From a virus: a stretch of DNA of 64,000 bases. Both the position numbers and the translations under genes were made by a program. Of this stretch, positions 18,942-27,159 are shown in pieces. The notes beneath the pieces were generated by a model. That model made no database searches and had not been told where the DNA came from. It saw only the letters and a list, made by a program, of their open reading frames with translations. The stretch lies in IMG/VR virus record IMGVR_UViG_3300003702_000496, positions 19,253 through 83,252 of that record; one strand, written 5' to 3'. Position 1 is the stretch's first letter. Every line of letters begins with the position of its first letter.

Positions 18942-19655
18942 TTAGACGATCCACTCGGCCATATTTTTAAATTCTTCGCTTATACCCGAAGCATTTCTCT
19001 TTTCCATTCCCAAGATCAACTGCCACGGATTCATTCCAAGATTCCCTGCAAGAATAATTCTCTCATGGTCACATTGTTGTTCTGATACTTGATGTCTTAT
19101 CCAGCCAGGAAACAATACCATGTTTCCTTTTATCGGAGCAATCTGATATGATGCATCCTCAAAGATTAACGGCGCACAGTTTTCACAACATTCTACATTA
19201 TATACCCAACTCCATATTTGAGGCCAATGCTCATGTAACTTGGTATAATTTCCTTTGGTATATATCGCGCCCCAACAATCATATGGCATTAACGGAACTC
19301 CCTGTCTTGGAGAATTGTCATACGCCAATTCTATTGCCATACGACACACTTCCATAAAATCTGAATTAGTTTCATGCATATACCAGCCAGTCATACTTGC
19401 TTGCACATTAGTTGAAGATTTTTGAACATCACCAATATCCCTACATGTTTGTACAAGTCTTTTCTGAAGTTCTTCGTTTGAACAATCTTTTTGTACAACA
19501 GGATACTTTACACGAAAAGATTGAGAGTGTGGATTGGTTGTTAGTTGTCTAAGTTTCTTTTCCTCTAATATATTTTCTTTTTCTATATTAGATACAAGTG
19601 CTTTTAGATGGTTCCTACTCATGGTAATGATGGTTCCTCTGGATACCAATACCAT
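18942..19655 (-). CDS. 2OG-Fe(II) oxygenase-like protein
   Basis: HEHWP...LFPGWIRH.V...ERIILAGN; true start probably ATG near 19622. Confidence 0.8.
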   Translation of the reverse strand: MVLVSRGTIITMSRNHLKALVSNIEKENILEEKKLRQLTTNPHSQSFRVKYPVVQKDCSNEELQKRLVQTCRDIGDVQKSSTNVQASMTGWYMHETNSDFMEVCRMAIELAYDNSPRQGVPLMPYDCWGAIYTKGNYTKLHEHWPQIWSWVYNVECCENCAPLIFEDASYQIAPIKGNMVLFPGWIRHQVSEQQCDHERIILAGNLGMNPWQLILGMEKRNASGISEEFKNMAEWIV

Positions 19656-20182
19656 CCTGTAATAATATATTTTGGATGAGTGTGTATAGGATTACCTCTA
19701 TGTTGATACATCCATGCAGCAGGAAATATACAACCCATTCCTTCCTTTGGTTGTATGCGTATCTTCTCATATAGAAATTCTGTTTCACCTTCACCTTTCG
19801 GAATATCATTCAGATAGATAGTCCATACCAGAGCTCTGGCACAGTTTTCCCAATGAGTTATTTCCGCATGGAAATTGTGAAACCCCCCACCCATAGGATT
19901 TGTACGTTGTATCTTAATTTCGGGTGTAAGTAAAATTTTTGCTCCTCTATATGCACAAGGAAACTCTTCCAAGTATTCCCGTAACATGTCCATAGTAGCT
20001 TTGTGTACTGGTTCATATAATTCAGAATTTTCTGGAAGCCATATCTGCTTATCCTTACGACTGACACGATTGGGTTCTTCAATTCTTACATTCTTTGGAG
20101 AACTTTCAAACCAGTCTATAAGAGAGTCACATAGGTCAAAAGAAAGTGCATTATCAAATCCTCTTACAAAATCACGAATCAT
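19619..20182 (-). CDS. 2OG-Fe(II) oxygenase
   Basis: FHNFHAE...YLND...GETEFLY...FPA.W.Y.HRGNP...KYIITGW. Confidence 0.9.
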   Translation of the reverse strand: MIRDFVRGFDNALSFDLCDSLIDWFESSPKNVRIEEPNRVSRKDKQIWLPENSELYEPVHKATMDMLREYLEEFPCAYRGAKILLTPEIKIQRTNPMGGGFHNFHAEITHWENCARALVWTIYLNDIPKGEGETEFLYEKIRIQPKEGMGCIFPAAWMYQHRGNPIHTHPKYIITGWYWYPEEPSLP

Positions 20183-20789
20183 TATTCATATCAATATTTA
20201 AATTGCCCGCAACCATAATACGATCATGATCACAATCATGCGTAGGAACTTCATGCATAATCCATGCAGGGAAAACAATTAACTGAAAAGGTTTAGGCAT
20301 CACTTTGAGTTTCTTCTCGCTTGTAGGAAATATTAATGGAGAACAGAACTCACATGCGTATACACAATAGGTATACGACCAGAGAGATGGCCAATGATTA
20401 TGTACTTTTGCTTCTTGCCATTTCTGGTATATAAGACCCCAACTCTCTTTGATATATAATGGGACTTCTTTTTTTTCGCCGGTCGTATCGGTACGCGTAG
20501 CTACAGGACAAGCTTGTGCAATCTTAATTGCTTCATTTCCAACCACTTCAAAAGATTTATATAACTCATGCATATCCCATCGAGTCATAAGACACTTAGC
20601 CGCAGTACGAGTTTGTAAATGATCGCCTGCATCTCTTATGTCTCTTTCCAAATATTTGTTAAGAGACTTCAACAACGGCCGTTCTTTTTCGTTTATCGTT
20701 TTTATTTTTACTGGATACTTATCCGTAAAATTTGGCCAGGGCCCTCGTTCATTATTTTTTCCATATACTAAATCACTTAATGCACTCAT
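20172..20789 (-). CDS. 2OG-Fe(II) oxygenase-like protein
   Basis: HNHWPSLWS...FPAWIMHEV...RIMVAGN; paralog of 18942-19655. Confidence 0.8.
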   Translation of the reverse strand: MSALSDLVYGKNNERGPWPNFTDKYPVKIKTINEKERPLLKSLNKYLERDIRDAGDHLQTRTAAKCLMTRWDMHELYKSFEVVGNEAIKIAQACPVATRTDTTGEKKEVPLYIKESWGLIYQKWQEAKVHNHWPSLWSYTYCVYACEFCSPLIFPTSEKKLKVMPKPFQLIVFPAWIMHEVPTHDCDHDRIMVAGNLNIDMNNDS

Positions 20790-21487
20790 ATAACAATCTC
20801 TTGTATGTTGGTTTCATCTGGGTGATGACCATCAAATTTAGGTTCCTTTCCTTTAGGAAGAAAATAAAACCAGCCTGTTGCAATATATTTAAGGCCTTCG
20901 TTTGGTGTAACTCCTTTATGTGGATGTGTCCAACCTGCTGGCCAGATCACCGTTCTACCAGTTTTAGCCCTTACTAGTTTTTCTTGATAAGGAAACCATG
21001 TGCCACACCTCGCGTTATTCAAATAGATCATCCATGCAAGCATACGATAGGGATACGAACCAGAGTGCTCGTTATGCAATGCAAAGAATCCTTCCTTCTC
21101 GCCATCGTATCGTTGCACATTATAGAAAGGACATAATCTCCACTGACTTGCTTTGTTAATCGTATTCAGATAACCATATTTTTTTGTATAAGATTCCAGT
21201 GCAGAATGTATAAAGTAATAAATTGGATCGTTAATGGAATTGTCTGCGCCGAAGTCAAAAGTTTTAGTCGCACAAACCTTTTGACGATTCTTATTAAAAT
21301 ACGCAAGCCCAGAATCCTTGGAAGCATTATCGTCATAAACAGACTCAAAAAATTGAATTATTCTTTCGCAGTTCTTTCTGCCTGCCTCAACCCAATCTTT
21401 ACGAATTAATATCGGTTGAGAAGAACTTTCTTCAACAACACTTCGCGCAGAGTCAAGATCATATGTTTCAATAAAATCAAAAAACAT
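20786..21487 (-). CDS. 2OG-Fe(II) oxygenase
   Basis: HNE...WMIYLN...WPAGWTHPHKG...KYIATGW. Confidence 0.88.
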   Translation of the reverse strand: MFFDFIETYDLDSARSVVEESSSQPILIRKDWVEAGRKNCERIIQFFESVYDDNASKDSGLAYFNKNRQKVCATKTFDFGADNSINDPIYYFIHSALESYTKKYGYLNTINKASQWRLCPFYNVQRYDGEKEGFFALHNEHSGSYPYRMLAWMIYLNNARCGTWFPYQEKLVRAKTGRTVIWPAGWTHPHKGVTPNEGLKYIATGWFYFLPKGKEPKFDGHHPDETNIQEIVI

Positions 21488-21725
21488 TTTTCATAAATAT
21501 ATATTCGTTTTTTCCCACACTGTTTTCTACCGTGAGGAAAATAGAATTTATATTCTTTTTCTTTACAGGAACAAAGTTTGAAAGCTTCTTGGAATAATAA
21601 TGCGGTACGCCATTCGCCAATTTCATTTTATCATAAGAATCCATGTCAGAAGAGATTTCCGTAATCGTACCGTTCACAGTCTCCCCATACTCATTTTTAT
21701 ATTTTACTATATCACCAATATTCAT
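21477..21725 (-). CDS. Hypothetical protein
   Basis: Likely start MNIGDIVKY at 21725; the longer track start overlaps an RNA element. Confidence 0.6.
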   Translation of the reverse strand: MNIGDIVKYKNEYGETVNGTITEISSDMDSYDKMKLANGVPHYYSKKLSNFVPVKKKNINSIFLTVENSVGKNEYIFMKNVF

Positions 21726-21741
21726 ATTCTTTTCTTTCAAG

Positions 21742-21844
21742 ATGGCAGGGAAAGGAATCGAACCTTTCTGCACCGTAATCTGATATACGTCGTTGCTTAA
21801 TCAGAAATATCCACAACGTAAAACCCAGCGACCAGGCCTCCCAT
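21742..21844 (-). ncRNA. tRNA-like structured RNA with T-arm, CCA and internal pseudoknot
   Basis: GAAAGG-TTCGATT-CCTTTC T-arm then CCTGCCA; 5' ATGGGAGG pairs with CCTGCCAT; CGTTG/CAACG helix and TCTGAT/ATCAGA pseudoknot; no anticodon arm. Confidence 0.6.
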
Positions 21845-21862
21845 AAAAGTTAACAATAACAT

Positions 21863-21891
21863 ATACTAACACATAAAGAAATGTTTGTCAA
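21863..21891 (-). promoter_or_regulatory. sigma70-like early promoter
   Basis: TTGACA-17-TAGTAT. Confidence 0.75.
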
Positions 21892-21894
21892 GAG

Positions 21895-22431
21895 TTATTT
21901 TCTAAAATTTAATTCCACTTTAATTTGATTAGGGTCATATATGAATAGCTGATCAATGGCATTCGGAGGATCACTTTTTTCATTATTTCCTTCACTCAAA
22001 AGAACCCGATTATACTTATAAGAAATTTTATGATCGTCCAACAGATTTTGTGTTTCCTTCAAAAGCTTTACATTACAACGAAATGCGATATGATCAATTG
22101 TACCAGAAGAAAAAGTAAAAGTTCCTGCTGAGACTTCCACAAGATGTATATATGCAGTTTTAGGATATGGCATATATCCCATATAATCAGATAGATAGTG
22201 TATATTGAGATCGAGATACAACCAAGCTCCATTAAAAGGAAACTTCGGCCGGGGTCCATTAATAAATCCAAGTATCTCATAGAACTTTATCGTTTCTTTA
22301 AGATACTTCGTATTAATATTCACATGGTCAAAACTCATTATAACACTTGAATCTCCCCCTGGCGCATTTAGGTCATTCACTGGAATATCTTTCCATACCA
22401 TCGTCTTGCGAGAATTATTTAACATATTCAT
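21895..22431 (-). CDS. VOC / glyoxalase family protein
   Basis: FDHVNI...FY..LG..GPRPKFPFNGAWLY...IDHIAF...QLFIYDPNQIKVELNF. Confidence 0.85.
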   Translation of the reverse strand: MNMLNNSRKTMVWKDIPVNDLNAPGGDSSVIMSFDHVNINTKYLKETIKFYEILGFINGPRPKFPFNGAWLYLDLNIHYLSDYMGYMPYPKTAYIHLVEVSAGTFTFSSGTIDHIAFRCNVKLLKETQNLLDDHKISYKYNRVLLSEGNNEKSDPPNAIDQLFIYDPNQIKVELNFRK

Positions 22432-22433
22432 AA

Positions 22434-22784
22434 TTAATGCAAAGTCGGTGAATTATCATCTGGGAGTTTTATTTTGCTCATCTCCAAGAAAACTTTTCGC
22501 GCTTCGCCGGGGCCCAACAGCGTTTCATAAAGTTTAAATAAATTTGCACCAACACATCCGGCGACCATTAATGCTTCAGTCATACCATTTGTTTTTTCCA
22601 GTTGGTGCATCATAAAAGTGTTTATCCTAAAAGATATTTCTTCTAAAGCTTCAGGAGAGTTTTCATACTCAGGTCGTTTTGATTTCTTTTTCATGGGGAA
22701 GTTTCCATTAATTGTTGTCAGTTTTTGAGGTGGCGGCCTCTTCTTGGAGTTTAAACCAATCTCTGGTAAAAGGACATTCTGCAA
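22434..22784 (-). CDS. Hypothetical protein
   Basis: ORF in operon; true start probably MKKKSK. Confidence 0.5.
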   Translation of the reverse strand: MQNVLLPEIGLNSKKRPPPQKLTTINGNFPMKKKSKRPEYENSPEALEEISFRINTFMMHQLEKTNGMTEALMVAGCVGANLFKLYETLLGPGEARKVFLEMSKIKLPDDNSPTLH

Positions 22785-22893
22785 GAGTTTTTTTTAATTG
22801 TATAACATGTTCTTGCATATCTTTAATTTCTTTTTTCATAGAAGATAATTGTCGAGTTAATCTTTCATTCTTTATAAATTGATTATGTTTCAT
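22708..22893 (-). CDS. Small coiled-coil hypothetical protein
   Basis: ATGA-coupled ORF. Confidence 0.5.
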   Translation of the reverse strand: MKHNQFIKNERLTRQLSSMKKEIKDMQEHVIQLKKTLAECPFTRDWFKLQEEAATSKTDNN

Positions 22894-23114
22894 AATATTT
22901 CATCTTTACTATTTAAATACTTATCCCAGAACTCGTCCCACATATCTGTCTTATGAGTCTCAGTTTTATAGAAAATATCAGATTTACCAGCGGGCCAATC
23001 TTGGCCGCCTGGATGATCACCATGTTTATGTTTGAAATTCTTCAATGCTCTATCAAAGATCGTTTGTTCAAACTCAGTATACACTCCACTCCAACGTATG
23101 ACACTACGACTCAT
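22890..23114 (-). CDS. Hypothetical protein
   Basis: ATGA-coupled ORF with RBS. Confidence 0.55.
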   Translation of the reverse strand: MSRSVIRWSGVYTEFEQTIFDRALKNFKHKHGDHPGGQDWPAGKSDIFYKTETHKTDMWDEFWDKYLNSKDEIL

Positions 23115-23323
23115 AATAATTCCTCTTCAATTAGTCCCGAAAGTATTAAATGAAACTTTCCCCCCAGTTGATGACATCGTGCCCAACCTATATTATACCC
23201 CCAAGGTATATCTGATCTTGCAATTCTTAGATGTTCACAAACAAGTTTTTCTTCCATACTTCCATCGTTATTTTTTAATAGTGTTAGAATTTCATTTCGG
23301 AGACATATATCTTTTTTCAACAT
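23111..23323 (-). CDS. Hypothetical protein
   Basis: Coupled ORF in operon. Confidence 0.5.
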   Translation of the reverse strand: MLKKDICLRNEILTLLKNNDGSMEEKLVCEHLRIARSDIPWGYNIGWARCHQLGGKFHLILSGLIEEELL

Positions 23324-23326
23324 GTA

Positions 23327-24091
23327 TTAATTTCCATCAAAAAGAACTTGCATTTTATTAATATTTTGTTCAAATATTTTTGTATTTATATTCATACTAA
23401 ATGATCTTCGTTCACCAATACCCTTAAAAGGATATGCTGTATGTCTTAGATTAGCAGGGAACAAATACCAATTACCAACCTTTGGAACAAATCCTATTCC
23501 ATCATTTTCAAAGAACGCTTTCTCATTAGGACCGCTATTATTCAGAATTTCCAAAACTCCGTTTAAGTCAATATGTTTTTTGTAGTTAGATTTAATGCTT
23601 TTTTTATGTTCCTTTGATAAATCGGGAACTTTCAAAAATCCTACACAAGTTAATTCAGAATCTGGGTGGGTGTGGATGGGATTATAATCTCCAGCAAAAG
23701 ATTGTACATACCAAGCAGATATAACATCAACTTGGATTTCATTAATATTTTTCAATGCTTGTTCTTTAGGAATAATGATAAAATTTTGTTCTGGAATATA
23801 AAGTTCATTATAATATCCAGCTATATATCTTTGTACTTGTTTACCAAACCATTGACCCCATTTATTAATAACATCAATCGGAATTTTAAGTTCCTGTTTA
23901 ACTTGACCAACGAGGGTATGTGAAAAATCTTCTGATTTTAATAGTTCTTCATCTTTAATAATATCATCACAACCTTTATTAAGATCAATTACTAATTCTT
24001 TTGGTAATTCAGCATAACCGATTGGCGGACCAAATGGAAAGTATGTTTGTAAAGGATTTCCGAAATCGTGTGGGGGTAAAGGAGTTTTCAT
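23327..24091 (-). CDS. 2OG-Fe(II) oxygenase-like protein
   Basis: AW.V....DYNPIHTH...FPANLRHTAYPF...ERRSFSMN. Confidence 0.85.
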   Translation of the reverse strand: MKTPLPPHDFGNPLQTYFPFGPPIGYAELPKELVIDLNKGCDDIIKDEELLKSEDFSHTLVGQVKQELKIPIDVINKWGQWFGKQVQRYIAGYYNELYIPEQNFIIIPKEQALKNINEIQVDVISAWYVQSFAGDYNPIHTHPDSELTCVGFLKVPDLSKEHKKSIKSNYKKHIDLNGVLEILNNSGPNEKAFFENDGIGFVPKVGNWYLFPANLRHTAYPFKGIGERRSFSMNINTKIFEQNINKMQVLFDGN

Positions 24092-24099
24092 TTCTTTTC

Positions 24100-24255
24100 T
24101 CAGGGAAGTTTCAGCAAAGAGCGCTCAGTTTTTGGGGGTGGCGGCTCTTTTGATTTTTCATTCGACACCTCTTTAAGCTTATCCTTGACCCATTCTGCAT
24201 CATTGATATTATCACGCTCACAAATCTCTGAGATTACCTCAAATATATTTTTCAT
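24100..24255 (-). CDS. Small hypothetical protein (51 aa, not in track), paralog of next ORF
   Basis: MKNIFEVISEICERDNINDAEWVKDKLKEVSNEKS vs LISQICKSEPIYDAEWLKAELKKLPNEKS. Confidence 0.6.
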   Translation of the reverse strand: MKNIFEVISEICERDNINDAEWVKDKLKEVSNEKSKEPPPPKTERSLLKLP

Positions 24256-24256
24256 T

Positions 24257-24472
24257 CTATTTGTTCCCTTTAAAATTAACCCAATCCTCAGAGTGTGTTA
24301 CTGATTTTTCATTCGGTAATTTTTTAAGTTCGGCCTTGAGCCATTCTGCGTCATATATCGGTTCACTCTTACAAATCTGAGAGATCAACTTATGTACATT
24401 TAATTCATATACATCTTTTTCTTTATCCATAATATTTCCTTTAGACACCTTATTGCATTTATAGATTATCAA
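24257..24472 (-). CDS. Small hypothetical protein
   Basis: Likely start MDKEKD after AAGGA RBS. Confidence 0.55.
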   Translation of the reverse strand: MIIYKCNKVSKGNIMDKEKDVYELNVHKLISQICKSEPIYDAEWLKAELKKLPNEKSVTHSEDWVNFKGNK

Positions 24473-24503
24473 AGACGGCCCAGTTTTAAGGCCCCCTTTT
24501 TTT

Positions 24504-24561
24504 TAAAAAGTGGAGAGGGGTCAATTGATTTTTCATATTGACTACGAAGAAGACCCCTCTC
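24504..24561 (-). terminator. Probable intrinsic terminator
   Basis: GAGAGGGGTC/GACCCCTCTC inverted repeat followed by a T-run on the minus strand. Confidence 0.55.
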
Positions 24562-24571
24562 CTACTCTCAG

Positions 24572-24832
24572 CTAGGCAGAAGCAGCTAGTGCTTGATACC
24601 CTGCAGCCACAACAGAGCGAGGCGCCGTGCCAAGACGATACTTGCTATAAGTCTCGCCGAAGCTGTTAGTACGCTGATTGAGGAACACAGGATAACCCTG
24701 CATACGAAGAGAGCTAATAACAGCTCGCGGATTCGCCACACCATAACGTGCGGTAATCTGCTTAGCAGTTAGCTCAGCTCCACCCTCTAGAGCGGTAATG
24801 ACCTTCTCGGTCTTAGTTGTAATTGTCGTCAT
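24572..24832 (-). CDS. Winged helix-turn-helix DNA-binding protein
   Basis: LTAKQITARYGVANPRAVISSLRMQGY...YRLG; AAGGAG RBS before ATG 24832. Confidence 0.75.
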   Translation of the reverse strand: MTTITTKTEKVITALEGGAELTAKQITARYGVANPRAVISSLRMQGYPVFLNQRTNSFGETYSKYRLGTAPRSVVAAGYQALAASA

Positions 24833-24907
24833 AAAATACTCCTTACATGACATATCAAGAGCATGCTTATTCGCATACCCATTCAGTAGACCCTATGCCT
24901 ACATGAA

Positions 24908-25330
24908 TAAAAAGGAAGAGCGCCAGGACACATAGCAATTCAGCAATATTCGCAATCCCACTCGGGGCGCTCTTCAGTATAAGGACCGCTTCTCAGTCAA
25001 CACGACTTGACCTTACCTACCTACCATCCATTACAGTAAGCAGTCCTTTCTATATTTTCATTCTGGGCCTTGGCGTCCCTCCACCTATTGGCTTCATCGG
25101 GTTTCGAGCTGCGTCCCTCACGCCCATACCCCCAGACCAGAAATATAATTCTCTGGGAGCACCCAATATTCCTTCACCGTAGCTCCATTTCTTACCTTAC
25201 TGGGAAGGCGGAGCGGTTTAACAGTGTTACAGTGTCAACTTCATTGGTTCACAAAACCTTTCAGAGGAGAGACTAGCAGTGTCATGTGACCTAACAGGGG
25301 CGTCCCGTTCCAGAAGTCTCTCTCTCATTA
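24908..25330 (-). ncRNA. Candidate ~420-nt multi-domain structured RNA / leader
   Basis: GC-richer non-coding tract after a sigma70 promoter with several long stems and a final 10-bp stem plus U-tract. Confidence 0.5.
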
Positions 25331-25336
25331 TGTCTA

Positions 25337-25365
25337 ATCATAACACAAAACAGAAGCTTTGTCAA
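25337..25365 (-). promoter_or_regulatory. sigma70-like early promoter
   Basis: TTGACA-17-TATGAT, A/T UP tract upstream. Confidence 0.8.
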
Positions 25366-25390
25366 GTAAAAAATAAATCTTTTTTTCAGT

Positions 25391-25408
25391 TGTGATAAAA
25401 ATGTCACA
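25391..25408. promoter_or_regulatory. Palindromic operator TGTGA-N8-TCACA
   Basis: TGTGATAAAAATGTCACA; related copies at 25933-25950 and 34857-34874. Confidence 0.6.
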
Positions 25409-25411
25409 CTA

Positions 25412-25612
25412 TCACGGCCGGCCGAGCCTATCCGCTTCCCGCGCTTCGACAAGGTCTTTAAAGAGCCGGGAGGTAGGTGTCGGGCCATAGGTCCATAAGG
25501 ACCCTGTAAGGTACTTGCCTACATGAGCGCTGACATATTCAGCGTCTGAGGTAGGGCTATGAGCAGCTGCGGCTTTGATACCGAGTGCGATGGCCTTTTC
25601 AGTCGCGGTCAT
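25412..25612 (-). CDS. Hypothetical early protein
   Basis: Abuts upstream ORF. Confidence 0.55.
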   Translation of the reverse strand: MTATEKAIALGIKAAAAHSPTSDAEYVSAHVGKYLTGSLWTYGPTPTSRLFKDLVEAREADRLGRP

Positions 25613-25849
25613 TTAGATACCGGCCCGTTCTAGAGCATGTTTAAAGAGCAACATCGCGCCCTCATCCGTATCAAAACCATCCTCAGAAGCAAAGTCCATA
25701 GAGCTCGATCCATTTACTTCGGGAGCAATACCCTTATCCAAAAGAATATCGGCTACGCCATCAACAGTGTTCGCCCAAGCTGGGTCAGAAGAACCATCCT
25801 CGTACAAATACAAACCACCGTTTGATGCACCAATAAAATTAATCGCCAT
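25613..25849 (-). CDS. Hypothetical early protein
   Basis: AAGGAAAGAG RBS, directly after promoter; SSSMDFA.E.GF motif. Confidence 0.65.
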   Translation of the reverse strand: MAINFIGASNGGLYLYEDGSSDPAWANTVDGVADILLDKGIAPEVNGSSSMDFASEDGFDTDEGAMLLFKHALERAGI

Positions 25850-25878
25850 GAATCTCTTTCCTTTTTCGATTATGTCTT

Positions 25879-25907
25879 ATTCTACCATACAATACAGGTT
25901 TTGTCAA
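25879..25907 (-). promoter_or_regulatory. sigma70-like early promoter
   Basis: TTGACA-17-TAGAAT with extended -10 TG. Confidence 0.8.
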
Positions 25908-26015
25908 CCAAAAAATATATTTTCTTTTTGAGTGTGTCATATATATCACACTGCTCGGTTTGATGAAGACACTAAGGCATCCTTCCTTGACCTTTACACC
26001 AAAATTGATGCTGGT

Positions 26016-26186
26016 CTAGGCATGATATAACATAAGGTAATATATGGCCATAAATGCTGCGAGTCCTAGTCCCAACCAAAGGAACAATTTAAGAACAAAC
26101 TTAAAACTTGTCATGGGATTAAAAAATATCTTATAGAAGATATACCCCAAAAATATCAAACATAATATACTAATGAATGTTTCCAT
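26016..26186 (-). CDS. Small two-helix membrane protein (56 aa, not in track)
   Basis: METFISILCLIFLGYIFYKIFFNPMTSFKFVLKLFLWLGLGLAAFMAIYYLMLYHA. Confidence 0.55.
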   Translation of the reverse strand: METFISILCLIFLGYIFYKIFFNPMTSFKFVLKLFLWLGLGLAAFMAIYYLMLYHA

Positions 26187-26213
26187 ATCTCTCTATATCC
26201 ATTCTACATACAC

Positions 26214-26242
26214 AGTATACACCAAAGTCAAGGGATTGTCAA
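26214..26242 (-). promoter_or_regulatory. sigma70-like early promoter
   Basis: TTGACA-17-TATACT. Confidence 0.8.
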
Positions 26243-26513
26243 GTCTTTTTTTCAATTAATTTCAAAGAAGTGTCATATAATCAAATAATCAAGAGGGGAT
26301 TGTCTTTTCCGGCTTAGGTATCCCCTATGACCCCCTGAGATAGACGAGCTATGCAATTGTAGCGGCAGCTTGACACTCTATTTGCCCATATAAGTAAATG
26401 CGTGAATTTCAGGACAATTTCAGGAATATGTGAGAAAAACTGCCGAGGGGCCGCAGACTTTAATCCCCACAACTCTATGTTTTTTCAAGCCTTTTTTAAA
26501 TTCTTCCGCATTC

Positions 26514-27035
26514 CTAGTCCCACAGCGGTTTATCCACTGCACGTTTAAGATAGTCCACACCAGATGTTCCCCCAGTACCAGGCCTATTACCTATGATACG
26601 TTCAACGGCTTTCATATGAGAGAATTGCCACTTCTTAAATGCATTTTCTACATCAAGCAATTCTTGTTTTTCAATGCATCTCTCTGACCATTTCCAACCC
26701 AATTTTCTTCGTAAATCCTTTAGTAACCGTTCCATTTCCATATACTGTTCTGATTGTTTTCCTGATGCAGTTCCCAGTGTATCCCTAAAATTCTCATAAT
26801 CTTCATAGGACATCGTAGTGACAATATCCCATAATGAATTTAAGTGATTGAATATTCTTATAATGCGTTTTAAATTAACAGCATAACCATAATTGTTTAG
26901 TTCACCTATTAGTACCTTGAACCACAACTCAGAGGATTGGTGTGCGACTATGAACATGAGCTCTGTAGGCTCATCAGTATGCGGTTTCTGCAACGATAAT
27001 AATGTGTTCAAATTTAGATATTCATCGTATTTCAT
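26514..27035 (-). CDS. kynA: Tryptophan 2,3-dioxygenase, shortened
   Basis: Y..YL.L..LLSLQ, FIVAHQSSELWFK, Y..FRD.LG.ASG.QS.QY, HM..VERIIG..PGTGGTSGV.YL. Confidence 0.85.
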   Translation of the reverse strand: MKYDEYLNLNTLLSLQKPHTDEPTELMFIVAHQSSELWFKVLIGELNNYGYAVNLKRIIRIFNHLNSLWDIVTTMSYEDYENFRDTLGTASGKQSEQYMEMERLLKDLRRKLGWKWSERCIEKQELLDVENAFKKWQFSHMKAVERIIGNRPGTGGTSGVDYLKRAVDKPLWD

Positions 27036-27159
27036 TACTTCTTTCTCTTTTTTACACCGAGCTCATAAGAAATTCCAATTAAACATACGCTGTATATCCA
27101 AAAATAAAATAGATGTTCCAACGTGAAAAACAATGTATTATCCATTACCCACATGATGA

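Noticed and set aside
21742-21844. tRNA-Sec or another standard tRNA
   Set aside because: No 7-nt anticodon loop or UCA anticodon, and the acceptor stem geometry is non-standard
25070-25310. CsrB/RsmZ-type sponge (AGGGA loops)
   Set aside because: Only two clear loop motifs, and CsrA is generally absent from Alphaproteobacteria; kept only as an unassigned structured RNA
26280-26510. Non-coding tract with short hairpins and a duplicated AATTTCAGGA
   Set aside because: Stems are short and no promoter-terminator unit is evident; insufficient support
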